From assembly GCA_964247055.1 (NCBI GenBank), contig OZ176057.1:2170001-2234000 (forward strand): a stretch of DNA of 64,000 nucleotides. Reading direction: 5' to 3'. Origin of the DNA: Paragordius varius (Eukaryota; Animalia; Nematomorpha). Each line of letters begins with the position of its first letter. Positions within the stretch are counted from its first letter, which is position 1. Below are positions 13,390 to 26,641 of the stretch, piece by piece. The position numbers and the translations under genes are program-made. The notes beneath the pieces are model-generated. The model did no database searches and had not been told where the DNA came from. It saw nothing but the letters and a program-made list of their open reading frames with translations.

Positions 13390-13705
13390 GTTTAGTAAAA
13401 ATTATATGCTATCTGATTTGGTGCAATTTTATGAAAGCTTCAAATCATGTTTATAAAGCGATATATTGGGTAATTACCAATATTTGATTTAAAATATAAA
13501 TTTAAATACTGCACAATAATAAGTTTATATGATAATATGACTCCAATGTTCCATTGTCATTGAAGGATCCTATATAAAAATTATAAATTTTTTGTCGATC
13601 GCTTAAGATTATGCTAATGGTATATATTAACAAATAAAATTTCGCTGCCGCGTTTTTCTCCATTGTATTTAATTTTATTCGGCTTAATGTTCAACAAAGA
13701 TATAT

Positions 13706-14222
13706 TATACCATTTGCTATTGAAGATGTCCCTGAACACTTCAAGTTTGTCCTTGAACACTTCAAATTGGTCCATAAACATTCAAATCGGTACTTAAACA
13801 CTTCAAGTTGGTCCTTGGGATTTTTTGTTTATTTTTAACTTTTATTAATCAAATTATTACTTCAACTATTTTATTATTTTTAACCTATTTCCTTAATTTA
13901 ACCAAATTTTAAAATCACTTTTGATCATCTATAATTTTGATAAATTCAATAATTGCAAAAAATATAATTCTGTATTAATTATGATTTTTGTTGAATACAT
14001 TTATAATTGATAACTGTTGCATTGAACAAAGTGGTTTTTGAATAAAAAAAATTATTTTTAAATGAATAAATATATAATAAATAAACAAATAGGTTAAAAA
14101 CAATCATACATCTTAAAATTATGGTTAAATCTAAATTTAATATTTTATTTTTAAAGGCCACTTTAAAATGTCTAAGATCCAACTTGAAATGTTCAAGGAC
14201 ACTCTGAAGTTCAAATGGCATA
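13706..14222. repeat. Foldback MITE with 21-bp GAACACTTCAAGTTGGTCCTT repeats; right-arm remnant at about 19280-19390
   Basis: TATACCATTT at the left and AAATGGCATA at the right; unit starts at 13735, 13756, 13777 and 13797. Confidence 0.7.
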
Positions 14223-15644
14223 TTAGCTAATAGCATAACTAAAATAACTTTTTTCCCCGCCTATTAATTGCATTATATTTTCTATAGTCATGACCTTTAA
14301 GCCTTTAGGTATTGAATATATGTGATTCATAAATGTACAGTTTTTCTGCGCACCGGGCAATAGTATCTTACTATTATACTATTCTTTGGAAATGATAAAT
14401 TATTTAGGTATAATTTGAATGGGTGGATTTTTCAAACGTTTTCTAGATTATAGGATATTATGTAAAAACTGTGGGTGTTAATTTATTTATACAAATAGTG
14501 ATTTTCCAATAAATGCATAATTAGTTATATTATATATTTATAAGTTTTTGCCTTGGAATGAATTTGTTATAACTAGCTTTAAGAATATATTTTTTAGTTT
14601 AATTATATTTGGCATTTGTTTATTGATCACTCATAAGTCAGACTGTTTGAAATTTATTGTAAAAACTCTATGTAATAGTCATAAAAATTAAAATTTCTCT
14701 AAAGCATTCATATTTATTAAATAATATTATGTATATCTTATAAATATTAATCTTTATACATCATTAAAATAAATGAAGTTATCAATAATTTTAATAAATT
14801 ATTTATATAGCAATGCATGGGATCAGGGAATATAAATATTTTAATATATATGTATTCTGCTATAAAATTGCAAAATTTCCATGGTCTTTGTATTTCGCCT
14901 TACGCGAGTCATTTAAGAAAAATAATTAAACTTTTGTGCTAATGCTACATATCAAAAAATTAGCGCACAATATACTATATTATATATTATATTTTTTTAG
15001 TAAAAACTGCATCCCTTAAAATATAAATATAATACACCATAAAATAAATAAGCCAATCATATTTTAATAATACGTGTTACCCTTTACCTAAAATAAACTG
15101 AATGACGAAATTTTGCAAAAAAATATATTATAACATATACTATATTCTGATATAAAAATATTTTTGGGAAAAATCCATATTTTGCATAAAAATTAATTTC
15201 AGAAGCGAATTAAATGGTAATCAAAAGCAAGTTGGGAAGGTATTAAACACTTAACGTATTCACTTTCTTCATATATATATTTTGTTAAAATCAAGGTTAA
15301 TTTTTTTCGCATAAAAGTTATCCAACTTTGGGTTAAACACATCTTTTCGAGGTAAATATTTAGCATTAATAATGTGGAATAAGTCTTACAATAACTAAAT
15401 TTGTTTGTTTCAAAAAAAATGCCAATTATTTTTGTAAGCAAATACCGCGCAATCTCAACATGTGTGTATTTTAAGAAAACTAGTATCTTTATAAGAGGCG
15501 TCCAAATATTATATAATTTTGAAGCCGACAATAATTATAAATTAATATTATGATTTACTTTGAATTTAACATAATATAGGATGGAGCATTTATTTATTTA
15601 AAAATTTAATTAACTAAATATGCAATTTGCCATTTTTATGCCTT

Positions 15645-15880
15645 AAAATGAAACTATATTATTTCCGCCACATCACCAGAGCCGAAAACTTGGAGTATCA
15701 GCTTATGTCGGGCAAAGTTGAAGTCTCAACAAACCGTTATAGATGTAAAATGTATTGGACAGATGATTTAACTAAAGAAACCAAACTCTCAAATCAACAG
15801 TTGATAGCCATCACACCTAACCGTACAATATGGCGTAACTACACTTACGAAATAGCGAAAAATCGACCCCGATCTTAGCT
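15645..15880 (+). mobile_element. 5'-truncated, diverged RTE LINE 3' fragment
   Basis: Translates as KLYYFRHITRAENLEYQLMSGKVEVSTNRYRCKMYWTDDL, matching the C-terminus of the intact RTE ORF in this window ([38 protein letters not shown]). Confidence 0.75.
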
Positions 15881-17129
15881 ATAACAACAATATCAACTAA
15901 GGCAAAATTTGACATAACCTAAATCACCCGTAAGGCCTAAAATTAAAACCACCATTAGAAACCTAATACATTGTTCTATCAAAATATATTTATATATCAT
16001 CACGATACTTTTCAATGACTGGGTATAAACTTTTTTTCGCTAAAGAGATATTAATATATGACTTGTGTTATGCTTTACAAATTTGGATGTAAGTTTGTTA
16101 TAAAAGTTTTAATTAAAAAGTGAAAAATGAATTCCCATGAGACAAGACTAGTTGTATAATAATTTTACAAAAACAACTTTTACTGTATCTTTGTATTAAT
16201 TTTAAGTCTATGGGATGTTTTTAACCGTTTATAAAAAATGATCAATGCGTATTTAAAACTGTGTTTGGTGACATCTAAACTCTTCGAGATAATACAAAAT
16301 TTTTTAGAAGTTAAAAATTATATTGTATGATTTAATTTAACATATCATATTTAATTTGCTTCAATGGTTTTTGCCGTTAATGAATAAGATATTCCTCTGT
16401 CCTCTCGCTTTCAAATTTATTCAAATTCTTCGATCCTTTATGTGTTTTCAATGTTTGGAAATGTAGTAATTTTGCAATCAAAAAATATTTTTTGATAAAG
16501 GCATAATATACATATTACATGTGCCCTAACAAAACTACCACGCATTTTTAACACCAAGTCAATCGGAATGGCTTTTCATTATTTTGTCATACTGAAGCTT
16601 TGAACTTCGCAAAAATACCACTATTTTAATTTGCCCAAAATTTAAATCTACTCTTAAAAATATGTTTGTTTTTTTGATAAAAATAAATAATATATTCAAC
16701 CCCATATAATATATATTTTAAATCAGGGATGTCCATCATGCGGCCCTCCGAAACATTTATTCAGCCGGCGAGAAATTTCAAATACAAATCACGTAATAGT
16801 AAAATTTATTTTTTTAACAAACTTTTTGTATAAATCTTCCTCAGTTTCGTAAGAGAAAGAGCAAAAAATGTTTAAATAAATAGTAGTTTTTACAGTCTTA
16901 CGTTTAATTTTACAAAAAATACGGCTGGAGAAGTGGGTTGGACACCCCAATTCGAAACATCTGATAAAGGGCTTAATGACAAAAAATTTGATTTTAAATT
17001 AACATTTAAACACTTAGTGTTGGAAAAATATTTTGCTTAAAGATAAGTCTGTAAAATAATTTAAGATATTTTTTGCCGTTTTTTTTCTAAAATGAGATTC
17101 AATAATCGGTAGACGGTTAACGAAACCTC

Positions 17130-17171
<42 letters not shown>

Positions 17172-17254
17172 CCAAATTGAATTCTAGAAATATAAAACAG
17201 CAAACAAATATGCTCCCGTATAATTTTAAATTTAGACTTTGATAGGTATGTATG

Positions 17255-17834
17255 TTAAACACTTGGATACAACACATTCATTTTAGTCTTTCGATTCAAA
17301 TTGGGGTAGTTAAATACCCCTGGCCTGTTTAAAGTAAAATTCTTTAAAAATATGGAAGGAATCGGAAGCATGACAAAATTTTGCACTTATATAAAATTAA
17401 TAAACCGAAATATATAAAAAACATTATTCAAAAATACTTGATATTAGTTATTTTAAGCTAAAACCGAAAGGTAAAAATTTAGTCAACCTGACATGTGTGC
17501 AATGGTAAAATTGAAAAATAATATAAAATAAACCGCTTTTTCTATTTCTATCAATGTTAGATGTAATTTAAATATAAAATCAGCTTTGATTTTACCCTTA
17601 AAATTAAATGAGGACGATATTTTGCAAAAATTTTGTAAAATAAAAATGGCGTCGAAGTAGCTTGACATGGAACTTTTTTTTCAAAACAAAATTTTATTTA
17701 GATATTTTGGCATATTTATATAATTTTTATTAGGATAGAAGCATAAATTTAAATTGGGACCGTTTCCTTCAGTAGTTTTTTAAAACTAATTCGTCTGGGA
17801 TATTTAGATACCCCAATTTGAATCGAAGTGTTAA
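17255..17834 (+). mobile_element. piggyBac-like TTAA MITE, reference single copy (about 580 bp)
   Basis: Long end TTAAACACTTGGATACAACACATTCATTTTAGTCTTTCGATTCAAATTGGGG; short end ...CCCCAATTTGAATCGAAGTGTTAA. Confidence 0.78.
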
Positions 17835-17836
17835 GA

Positions 17837-18103
17837 CAGGGATGTCGAACACGTGGCCCGCGGGCCGCATGCGGCCTCTATAACATTTTTATAGGCCGCG
17901 AATAAATAAAATATTTAACGCAATCAAAATAAAATTGATGTTCTTAAACGAATTTTTGACTACGTTTTTCTGCTTTTAGGTGATGAACAGCATATATTGC
18001 TAAAATAATTAGCTCATATATATATATATATTGCGAATCCATACCTTCGGATTTTTCGATCCAAAAATGCGGCCTACGAAGCCATTTGTGTTGGACACCC
18101 CTG
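17837..18103. mobile_element. hAT-like MITE (same family as 5168), abutting the piggyBac-like MITE
   Basis: CAGGGATGTCGAAC...GTTGGACACCCCTG termini; no exact TSD. Confidence 0.7.
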
Positions 18104-18162
18104 GTTTGAGAGCTAACAAGATCGTGGCTTTTTAAAATTATTGTGTCCATTCACAATTTCAG

Positions 18163-18188
18163 GCGTAGCACATCATTTGAAATGTGAG
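18163..18188 (+). other. Possible non-coding 5' UTR micro-exon of the RGS gene
   Basis: TTTCAG acceptor and perfect GAG|GTAAGT donor 26 nt apart, 2.6 kb upstream of the proposed ATG (candidate acceptor TTTTCTAG at 20776). Splice-signal evidence only. Confidence 0.25.
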
Positions 18189-20824
18189 GTAAGTATAAAG
18201 CCCTCTTTTGTGGCTTCTTTCAATGAAGTTTTATATTAAAAGTTATTAACTTTGGTTAATATTTATTTATAGGTAATTATTTATTAAATGTCTTTGATAA
18301 ACTAAAAATAGTGTTTTAAGATCAACATGAAATATTCCTTACAGAGTTTAATTAATTGGCTATAATATACAATAAAATGGATGTTAAAGAAAAGAATCAC
18401 ACTCAACAGATGCAGTACATAAACTGTTTAAAACCTTAGTACTAATTTGGGTAATTTGACAATTATAGAGTTCAATTTAGATATTTTTTAAAAACAACAG
18501 AAACAATCATTTGTAGCAAACGAATTAAGGTTTATAATGTTACATATGCCAAATTTAGGGTGAAAAACGTTTTAATTTTATATAATTGGATATTGATTTT
18601 CGCCACTTTTTAGAACCTGAACAAAAAACTATTTATCCGTCAGCTGTTTGGAACATTTTCGAAAGGTTTTCGTCATGCAAAATGGCTAAACTTTCAATAT
18701 ATATTTTATAATTTATTAATTAAAACATTTTTAAAAAATAAACACATTTTTAACAATATCTAAGCAGGGGTGTTTAACATTAGCATCGCGCGCTACATTC
18801 GAATATAAGAGTATTTTATACATAGGTAAAAATATTTATTTTAACAATTTTTGCTACTTAATTACCAATGGAAAGACTTATTCAGAAAATTTGCTTGGAT
18901 AAATTTCCTAAAATTTTATTTTTGGAATTCATGGCGGGCCGCAGATGTTTACCACTCTCACCTCAAGAGGATAATTGAACACTACAAGTTAGTCCATAAA
19001 ATTTTTAATTTAAGAACCCCCTTTTTTTCAACTAAATTCTTTCAATTCAACAAATTATTACTTATAAGAGTTTTATTAAAAAATTGTAATTATTATATTT
19101 ATATATTTTTTATTTACGTGTTAAAATCTTATAATATAAATTAAATTTATGCAATTACTAAAGATATACGGTTTCTGAATGATTAAAAATTGATGTTCAC
19201 CTATTGTTTATGTTAAATTAAGACAGTGAAAAATCATAAAATAGATAAAAGACACACGGTTTGATTGATAAAAGTTAAAAAACTGTTTAAACTTGAAATG
19301 TTGAAGGACCAACAAAGTATTTAAGGAATAACTTGAGATGTTCAATGGCCAACTTGAAGTGTAAGACATTCATGAAGTGCAAATGGTATATTTTGGATAC
19401 GGCTCGTAGGCGTATTGTTGATCTAAAGCAAAATTTAGTAAAATTTGTTTGGTACTTCAAAATATGAAAAATTTGTTAAAATATTTTGTAACGCTCAACA
19501 CTTTGTCTTTAATTTACATTGAAAATTGGTACTAAAAATGAAATCTAAAGGTTATATAGTAACTAAAATAAAATACACAAATATTTAGACATCAAATGTG
19601 AAAATAAGCCTTATTACCAAGTTTTATATTTATTTCTTGTCAGATATCAAATTTCATTTATAACAGGGCAAGTATTTTTAAACAATGATTTAGTAAAACT
19701 CTCAAAAATTTATTACAAAATTATATAAAAAAATTGGCTTTTATTTTGGAAGTTCCTAAGGTTAAAAATGTTTAAAAAAATTTAAAGACATATCTGGATG
19801 TTTGGAATCAGTATAAGTATGCATTGTGCACTAAATTTAAATTACGAATCTTCAGAAATAACTTATTAATTACGATTTTCTTAGAAAAGCATTATTTATA
19901 ATAATTAAAAATGATCATAAAATGAATGTATCTATCTATATGGAGATTATAGCATTTAAAAAATATTTATATTTTTAAAAGGTAAAAAAATCACTACTAT
20001 TATATTAATATAATTGCCATAATTAAAATACTTTTTTCATGGATTTTGAATTCAAAAAAATTAAATTTCAGTAAAAGTTGAAATTATGTATAGGCAAACG
20101 GTAAAATCATGAATTTTATTTTCAAAGGCACACCATTTTGAAACTTTTGTTTTGCTAATTAAGAAAAAACAAGTTAAAATAATCAATTTTAAAATACCAC
20201 TTTGGTCTTTTATAAAAAATATTTGTCTTTATTTTTTTCGTTTTTTATCTGTATAATTACAACTTACAGTATATTAATAATTAAACATGATAAAATCACG
20301 TTAGTTTTTCTGTAAGGTTTCTTGCAGCTTTTATGTTAAAATGATATGGATTTACGTTAATACTGAAAGATAGGGGTATATATATATATATATAAAGAAA
20401 AGAAATGTTAAAAAGATGCGACAATAAAACATTATACAATTTTCATTATTTTAGGTTTTTGTCATTTTTTTCCAATTTTTTTATCTATTTTTTATGCTAT
20501 TTCATCTCTCTTTCTCTCTCTATTATCTGTAATATAATTTAAATTTTAAATAAAAAAGTTTTGATTAATATGTTTTTTGTCTAAAGAAATTCTTTTTAAT
20601 ACGATTATCATTCAAAATCAAATTTTAAGCTATATTATGGTTTTGCTTAAAAATTGACAACATCATCAATAATTTTATCATATTTCCATCATACGCATTT
20701 TAAAATATTTCTGCTAAGCAACAATTTTTACCATTTTTAATCAATCACGCAAAATATCGGTGTCATATTTTTCTAGATAACCAATATTATTAAATCAATC
20801 ACTTTATCAATTTTCTGCAAAAAA

Positions 20825-23800
20825 ATGTCAATCGATGAGATTCCATATTTCCAGCACAGAAATTCGAGGGCCTCATGTGTTGAGAGAGGTAGAAACATAG
20901 CTATTAAAAGATGCACTCTTTTTACAAAGGTAATATTTCATTATATACATGCACAATTTAAAACTCTGTTAATTTGGATATTGAAATTATCGATTTTTAA
21001 ATTTTTTACCTGTTTTTGGCTCAATATATATGTAGTATAATTTATGATCATTAATACTCCGCTGATATATATTAATGATAAAATATTAAAGGTAAATAGT
21101 TTTTTTAATTTTTGCCTAAAAAGAATTTAATAAACCTATTTTTTAACTTATATTAGTTTTACACACAGATAGTTAGAGGAGGAAGGGGGGCTGATGCACC
21201 GAGCCCTAAAGTAATTGGATTGTAAAAAATCCTAATTTTAGGTCAAAAATAAGTTTTAGAATATCCATTTTAATAAAACAAAAAATCATCCATTCTTGAG
21301 TGGTCATGATCACAGTTTAAATTTGATTATTTTTTCTAAAATACTACGGTTCGCATGGAGAGGGAGAGGGTCGCCATCACGAATCCAGGCACAGGGCGCC
21401 AGAAATGCAAGTTACGCCCCTGGTTTTAAACTCAGAGCCATTCGTCTTATGTATCTTATGTATTAACTAAAAGCTTATATTTTTTACAGTTTTTAAATTT
21501 CCTGAGTCTAAAATTGCGACAGCCTCGGACGATTGAAATGAACAACTAATATTAAAATTAAAATATATCTTTTACTGGTAAAATGTTGCCTGGAAGCTTC
21601 TTAAAGTTAATTATTTAAATTTTTTAACCATAATATATATTTGTTTGCCTGTTATTTTAGCGATTTCAAAAAAATTAAAAAAAAATGGCGGCGAGAAGGT
21701 CTGAAATGAGTAGTGCTCCTAAAAAGCTTAAGAAAGTATGTTTTAAAATTCTACTTAATGCAAATTCTTTTTAAGACATTCAAACTTCAAATCGCTTCGG
21801 AATATAAAACTACCCCAAAAGGTCATGGATTGTTATAGTAACATTATGTAATTTATTAAAATCCGTGATTCACACACAAATTTTAATTCCTATTCTTAAT
21901 AATCTTTCCTAATACATTGAAAAAATGCAGATTTTTGAAGCTGTAAAGAAACTATTTAATAAAGTTGGTTTTGTCAAAATAAAATGTATGATTATAACAC
22001 AGCGTCCACACAATAATAATCTGATAAAATATATATAATAGAAAAATTTATCAGGATTATCATGATGCTTTTAGCATTTCGAGTGGTTTAAGAAATTTAT
22101 TTACACTTTTGTGGTGAGTGCTCCATATAAGAAAATGCAAATTTTTTTTGGTGAAAGCCAGAGGCTTTATTCCAAAAAATATCACTAATATATATTATAA
22201 ACTACATATAAAAACAATATTTTCAAAAAAAATTAATTTTAGTTGTGGGCTCCGAAAGTCCTAAATTTTTTGTTCTTCTAAAATGACCTAGTCCTTTTAA
22301 AATTAAAAATGCCGGGATCGCGCGATCAAATTTGAAATATATGCTAAATTTTGATATCAGCTAAAAATTTAAAATACATACTATTTTTAAATTTTAATCT
22401 TAAGCATACCTAAAATTGGTATAAAAACGCTTTAAGACATAATAATACTTTTTCTATAAAGCTCAATGATGCTAAACATTTCTATCAGTTCAGAATTTAA
22501 ATATTCTTTCGTATTCAAATTTTAAAAATTGTGATTTTTTATAAAAATACACAAAATTATTTAGGTAACATTTAAATCAATATTATTTAACGATAAAATA
22601 TTCAGCATCATGGAATTATATAGGAAAGGTGGTTTTTTATTATCTTGAAAACGTTTTTAAATCGTTTCCATCATGAAACAGTATAAAGTAAGCTTTAACA
22701 AATGAAAAAAATATATTTTTTAAAAACAGTTTGCATTTTTTAAAAATATTTTTAGTTGATATCATAATTTAGCATATATTTAAATTATTTTATCGCCGGC
22801 ATTTTTGCATTTATTTTAAGAGGAGCAGCCCATTTTAGGAGAAAAAAATTCGGGACTTTCGGAGCCCACATCCAGAATCTAAATTTTTTTGAGAATATTG
22901 CTTTGCTTTTTATATCTAGTTTATTTCATATGTTAGTGATATTTTTTTGGAATGAAGACTCTAGCTTTCATTTAAATTTTTTATTTCAAATGTGCGCAAA
23001 TTTTGCCATTTTCTGGTATGGACCTTTCCACAAAAGTGTAAATAACTTTCTTAAATCACTAGTAAGGGCCAAAATGAAAAGCACCATGATAATCCTGATA
23101 CATTTTCTTTTTAAAATAAATATTTCGTCAAGTTGTTTTTTATACAGCCCGATTTTATATGCTGTGTAACTTATATTTTAAGGTTTAAAATTAAAATTTG
23201 CCCATTAATATAATAATGAAACAAACACTGATTTTAATATAATTTTTTTAATTATCGCTTTTAAAATGAATCAAAAGCTATTAATTTTTATAACATCCAA
23301 AATTTTAAATATTGGAGCAAGTTTGTGTTATTTTCAATTTTTGAAAAGCGCCCCTAATGGCAAATAATGCACATTTTGCCAAATATCAGATACTTTTTAA
23401 GTTAGTAAATCTAATATCGTTTTAATGTTATTGACTATCCCTAATAATTAAGTTTTAATTATTTTATATAAATTATTTCCGAAAGGATGTATAATCCTGC
23501 AAAAATTCTCTACCAAAAAATTTAAATAAATTTAATATTTGTTGGCATTCTCTCTCCTTTTAGGCACCTTTTTCTAATTTTAAAATTAGTGTAAATCGAT
23601 ATCTGCAACTTTTTTCCAGTCTGTTAGTAAATAGCTAAATTATTTAGAAATCTCGATAATATTATATTTAAAGCAAAATTAGGATGGATTTTACTTATCT
23701 TTATAGCTCCATTTTAAAAATGGGAAATTTAAAGCACATTTTATCAAAAAATTTTTTTTATAGAAGCGTAAGGCATTTAACCTAAATTTTCAAGCGATCA

Positions 23801-26589
23801 TTATTGTGAAATATAAAATGTTACTCCGAAAGTCTTGCATTAAGCGATAAAAAATTCTAATAAGGGGTAGATGATGATTTAATGAATAGATTAATAAAAA
23901 GTATAATTTGCATTAAAATTTAAGTTTTTGGCAATTAAAGGATTAACGGAATAAAAAATATTTTTTACATAATTATACTACTGAAAATTGCTGGCAGGTC
24001 GATTTTTTATTTATACCAAATTTAAAACTTGGGGTTTCTAATTACCACAGACAATATTGAATCTAATTCATATTACTGCAAGAAACGGTTCCAATTTAAT
24101 TTATGATTTATTCTAATAAAGATTATATAAAGAAGCCAAAAAATCTAAATAATATCTAGTTTTGAAAAAAAGTTCCATATCAAACTATTCGAACGCCATT
24201 TTTATTTTACAACATTTTTAAATGTTTAATTTATTCTAAACCTAAAATTGTGTTTTCATTTTCTTAAAATCACCTTAACACTTGGATACAACACATTCAT
24301 TTTAGTCCTTCGATTCAAATTGGGGTATTTAAATACTCCAGGCCTGTTTAAAATTAAATTCATCAAAAAATATGGAAGGAATCAAAATCATGGAAAAATT
24401 TTGCACTTATATAACATTAATAAACCGAAATATATAAAAGATTTTATTCAAAAATACTTGATATTACTTATTTTAAGCTGAAACCAAAAGGTAAAAATTT
24501 CGTTAACGTGACAGTGACATGTAAGAAATTATAAAATCAAAAAATAGTACAACACACTTTTTCTATTTCTATCAATGTTAGATGTAATTCTACCCTTAAA
24601 ATTAAATGAAGACGATATTTTGCAAAAATTTTGTAAAATAAAAATGGGGTCAAAGTAGTTTGACATGGAACTTTTTTTTTCAAAACAAAATTTTATTGAG
24701 ATATTTCGGCATATTTATATAATTTTTATTAGAATAGAAGCATAATTAAATTGGAACCATTTTCAGTAGTTTTTAAAAAATCCTAACTTATATTTAGTCT
24801 GGGGTATTTAAATACCCCGAAGTGAATCGAAGTGTTAACATTGATATAAACAGAAAAAGTGGTCTATATTGCATTATTTTTATATTTTAAGCACACATGT
24901 CATGTTGGCTAAATTTTTACCTGTTTTACCCCTGAATAAGTAATATCAAGTATTTTTAAATGAATTTACCTTCATGTTTTGTTTTATTTAATGTTATATA
25001 GGTGCAACTTTGCCATAGATTCAATTTATTCAATATTGTTTGAAATCAATTTTCAATAAGCCTGGGGTATCTATTTACCCAAATTTAAATCAAAGGGCTG
25101 AAATGAATGTGTTGTATCCAAGTGTTAAACAGAATTGCATAAAATCATAATTTATGGTAATTTTATTTATAATGATATTGTTTTAAGCTACTGATATGAT
25201 GCGAATGTTTTGCATAAGCTGCTTTTATATCGTTTCAACCATGCTCGAAAATACCATAAAATATGTTTCAACAAATATTTGTCAAATTTTAATTTAAAAG
25301 TATGGTATGTTTATTTTTTTCATTTTAATGGAAAATTATCACGCAAACACAATTCCTATTAGTGTATTTTTACAAATGCCCATTTAAGCCGTGTCCAAAA
25401 ATGTGGAGATAAAAAACTTTTGATATATTTATGCCTCTAAAATATAGTTATATTGCAAATTTAGGTAATATAAAAAATTTTTATTTAGCCTAATATGCTT
25501 CGTTTTGCGATTTTCCGGTATGGAACGATTGCCTACTATGCATTTTAATATTTTAACCAAATTGATTAACATCTTTATATTATAACAAAATATAAATTAT
25601 CCTCGATCTACTGGATTGTATTAGTTCCATTTTTTCAGCCATATTTTATTTATAAAACCAACCAAAGTTAATAAAGGACGGTTTATCAGTTAAAATCTTA
25701 AATTTGCCCTGAAACATTAAAGCTTCCTCTTAAATTGCTAAATGCATAAAACATAAAAAAGAGTTATTATTGACAACGGTATAATAACATCAACAGATGT
25801 TAACAATAATATCACGTCAAAATTTTTAGAGTAAAATTGTTTTTAACTCTAAAGTATATTACTATTAAATTTTAGTATAAAGTTCTAAGTATGTGATTAA
25901 TGCAGAAGGAGTATATATTGCTCGTTTATCATAAAATATACCAAATAACATTTTTAAAGAGAATTTCAAAATGATTTTTTTTGACTACAAAATATTATTA
26001 GCCCCTTTAATTATTTTATAAAACCAATTTATTGGCCAGGAATGCTTAATACATGACCCTCAGAAATATTAATGCAGCACGCGCGAAATATCAAATACAA
26101 ATTTTTACCAAATCAAAGTATAATTTATTTCTTAAACAAATTTTCTGAATAACTTTTTTCGAATTTCGGCATTGTGCTGGCAAAACTCGTTTACATAAAT
26201 AGTAGTTTTTACAATGTGTTTACTCTAAAAATATGCTTGTTAACGAATCGGCCTGATTTTTTCGATTTAATGCAGCATCCGAAGCCATTTGTGTTGGAAT
26301 TTAATATAGCCATATAAAAATAAACTTATCCAAATTAGTTCGGCCATGTCGTTTGGTTTTTTTTAAAAGGTAAAATTTTATTTTTTTGTCCAGAATTATT
26401 TTTGATAGGGAAAAATTTCAGCATTTTATTACATTTTAGTGGGAACAGAGGCGCGCACACTTTTTACGATACATAAATAATTAAGAAAAATAATAAAATG
26501 TATAAGGTGGTAAAAAATCAATAAAAAATAAAAATTGTGAAACTGTTCTCAAAGGTGTCTGTCTATGCAGTTTACCTGTAAATAAATAA

Positions 26590-26641
<52 letters not shown>

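Noticed and set aside
8600-20700. Numerous 60-110-aa ORFs in the TMEM41B-RGS intergenic region
   Set aside because: They are F/I/K/N/Y-rich translations of AT-rich MITE sequence, often with non-ATG starts. Only the 15627 ORF (RTE remnant) has a recognisable motif.
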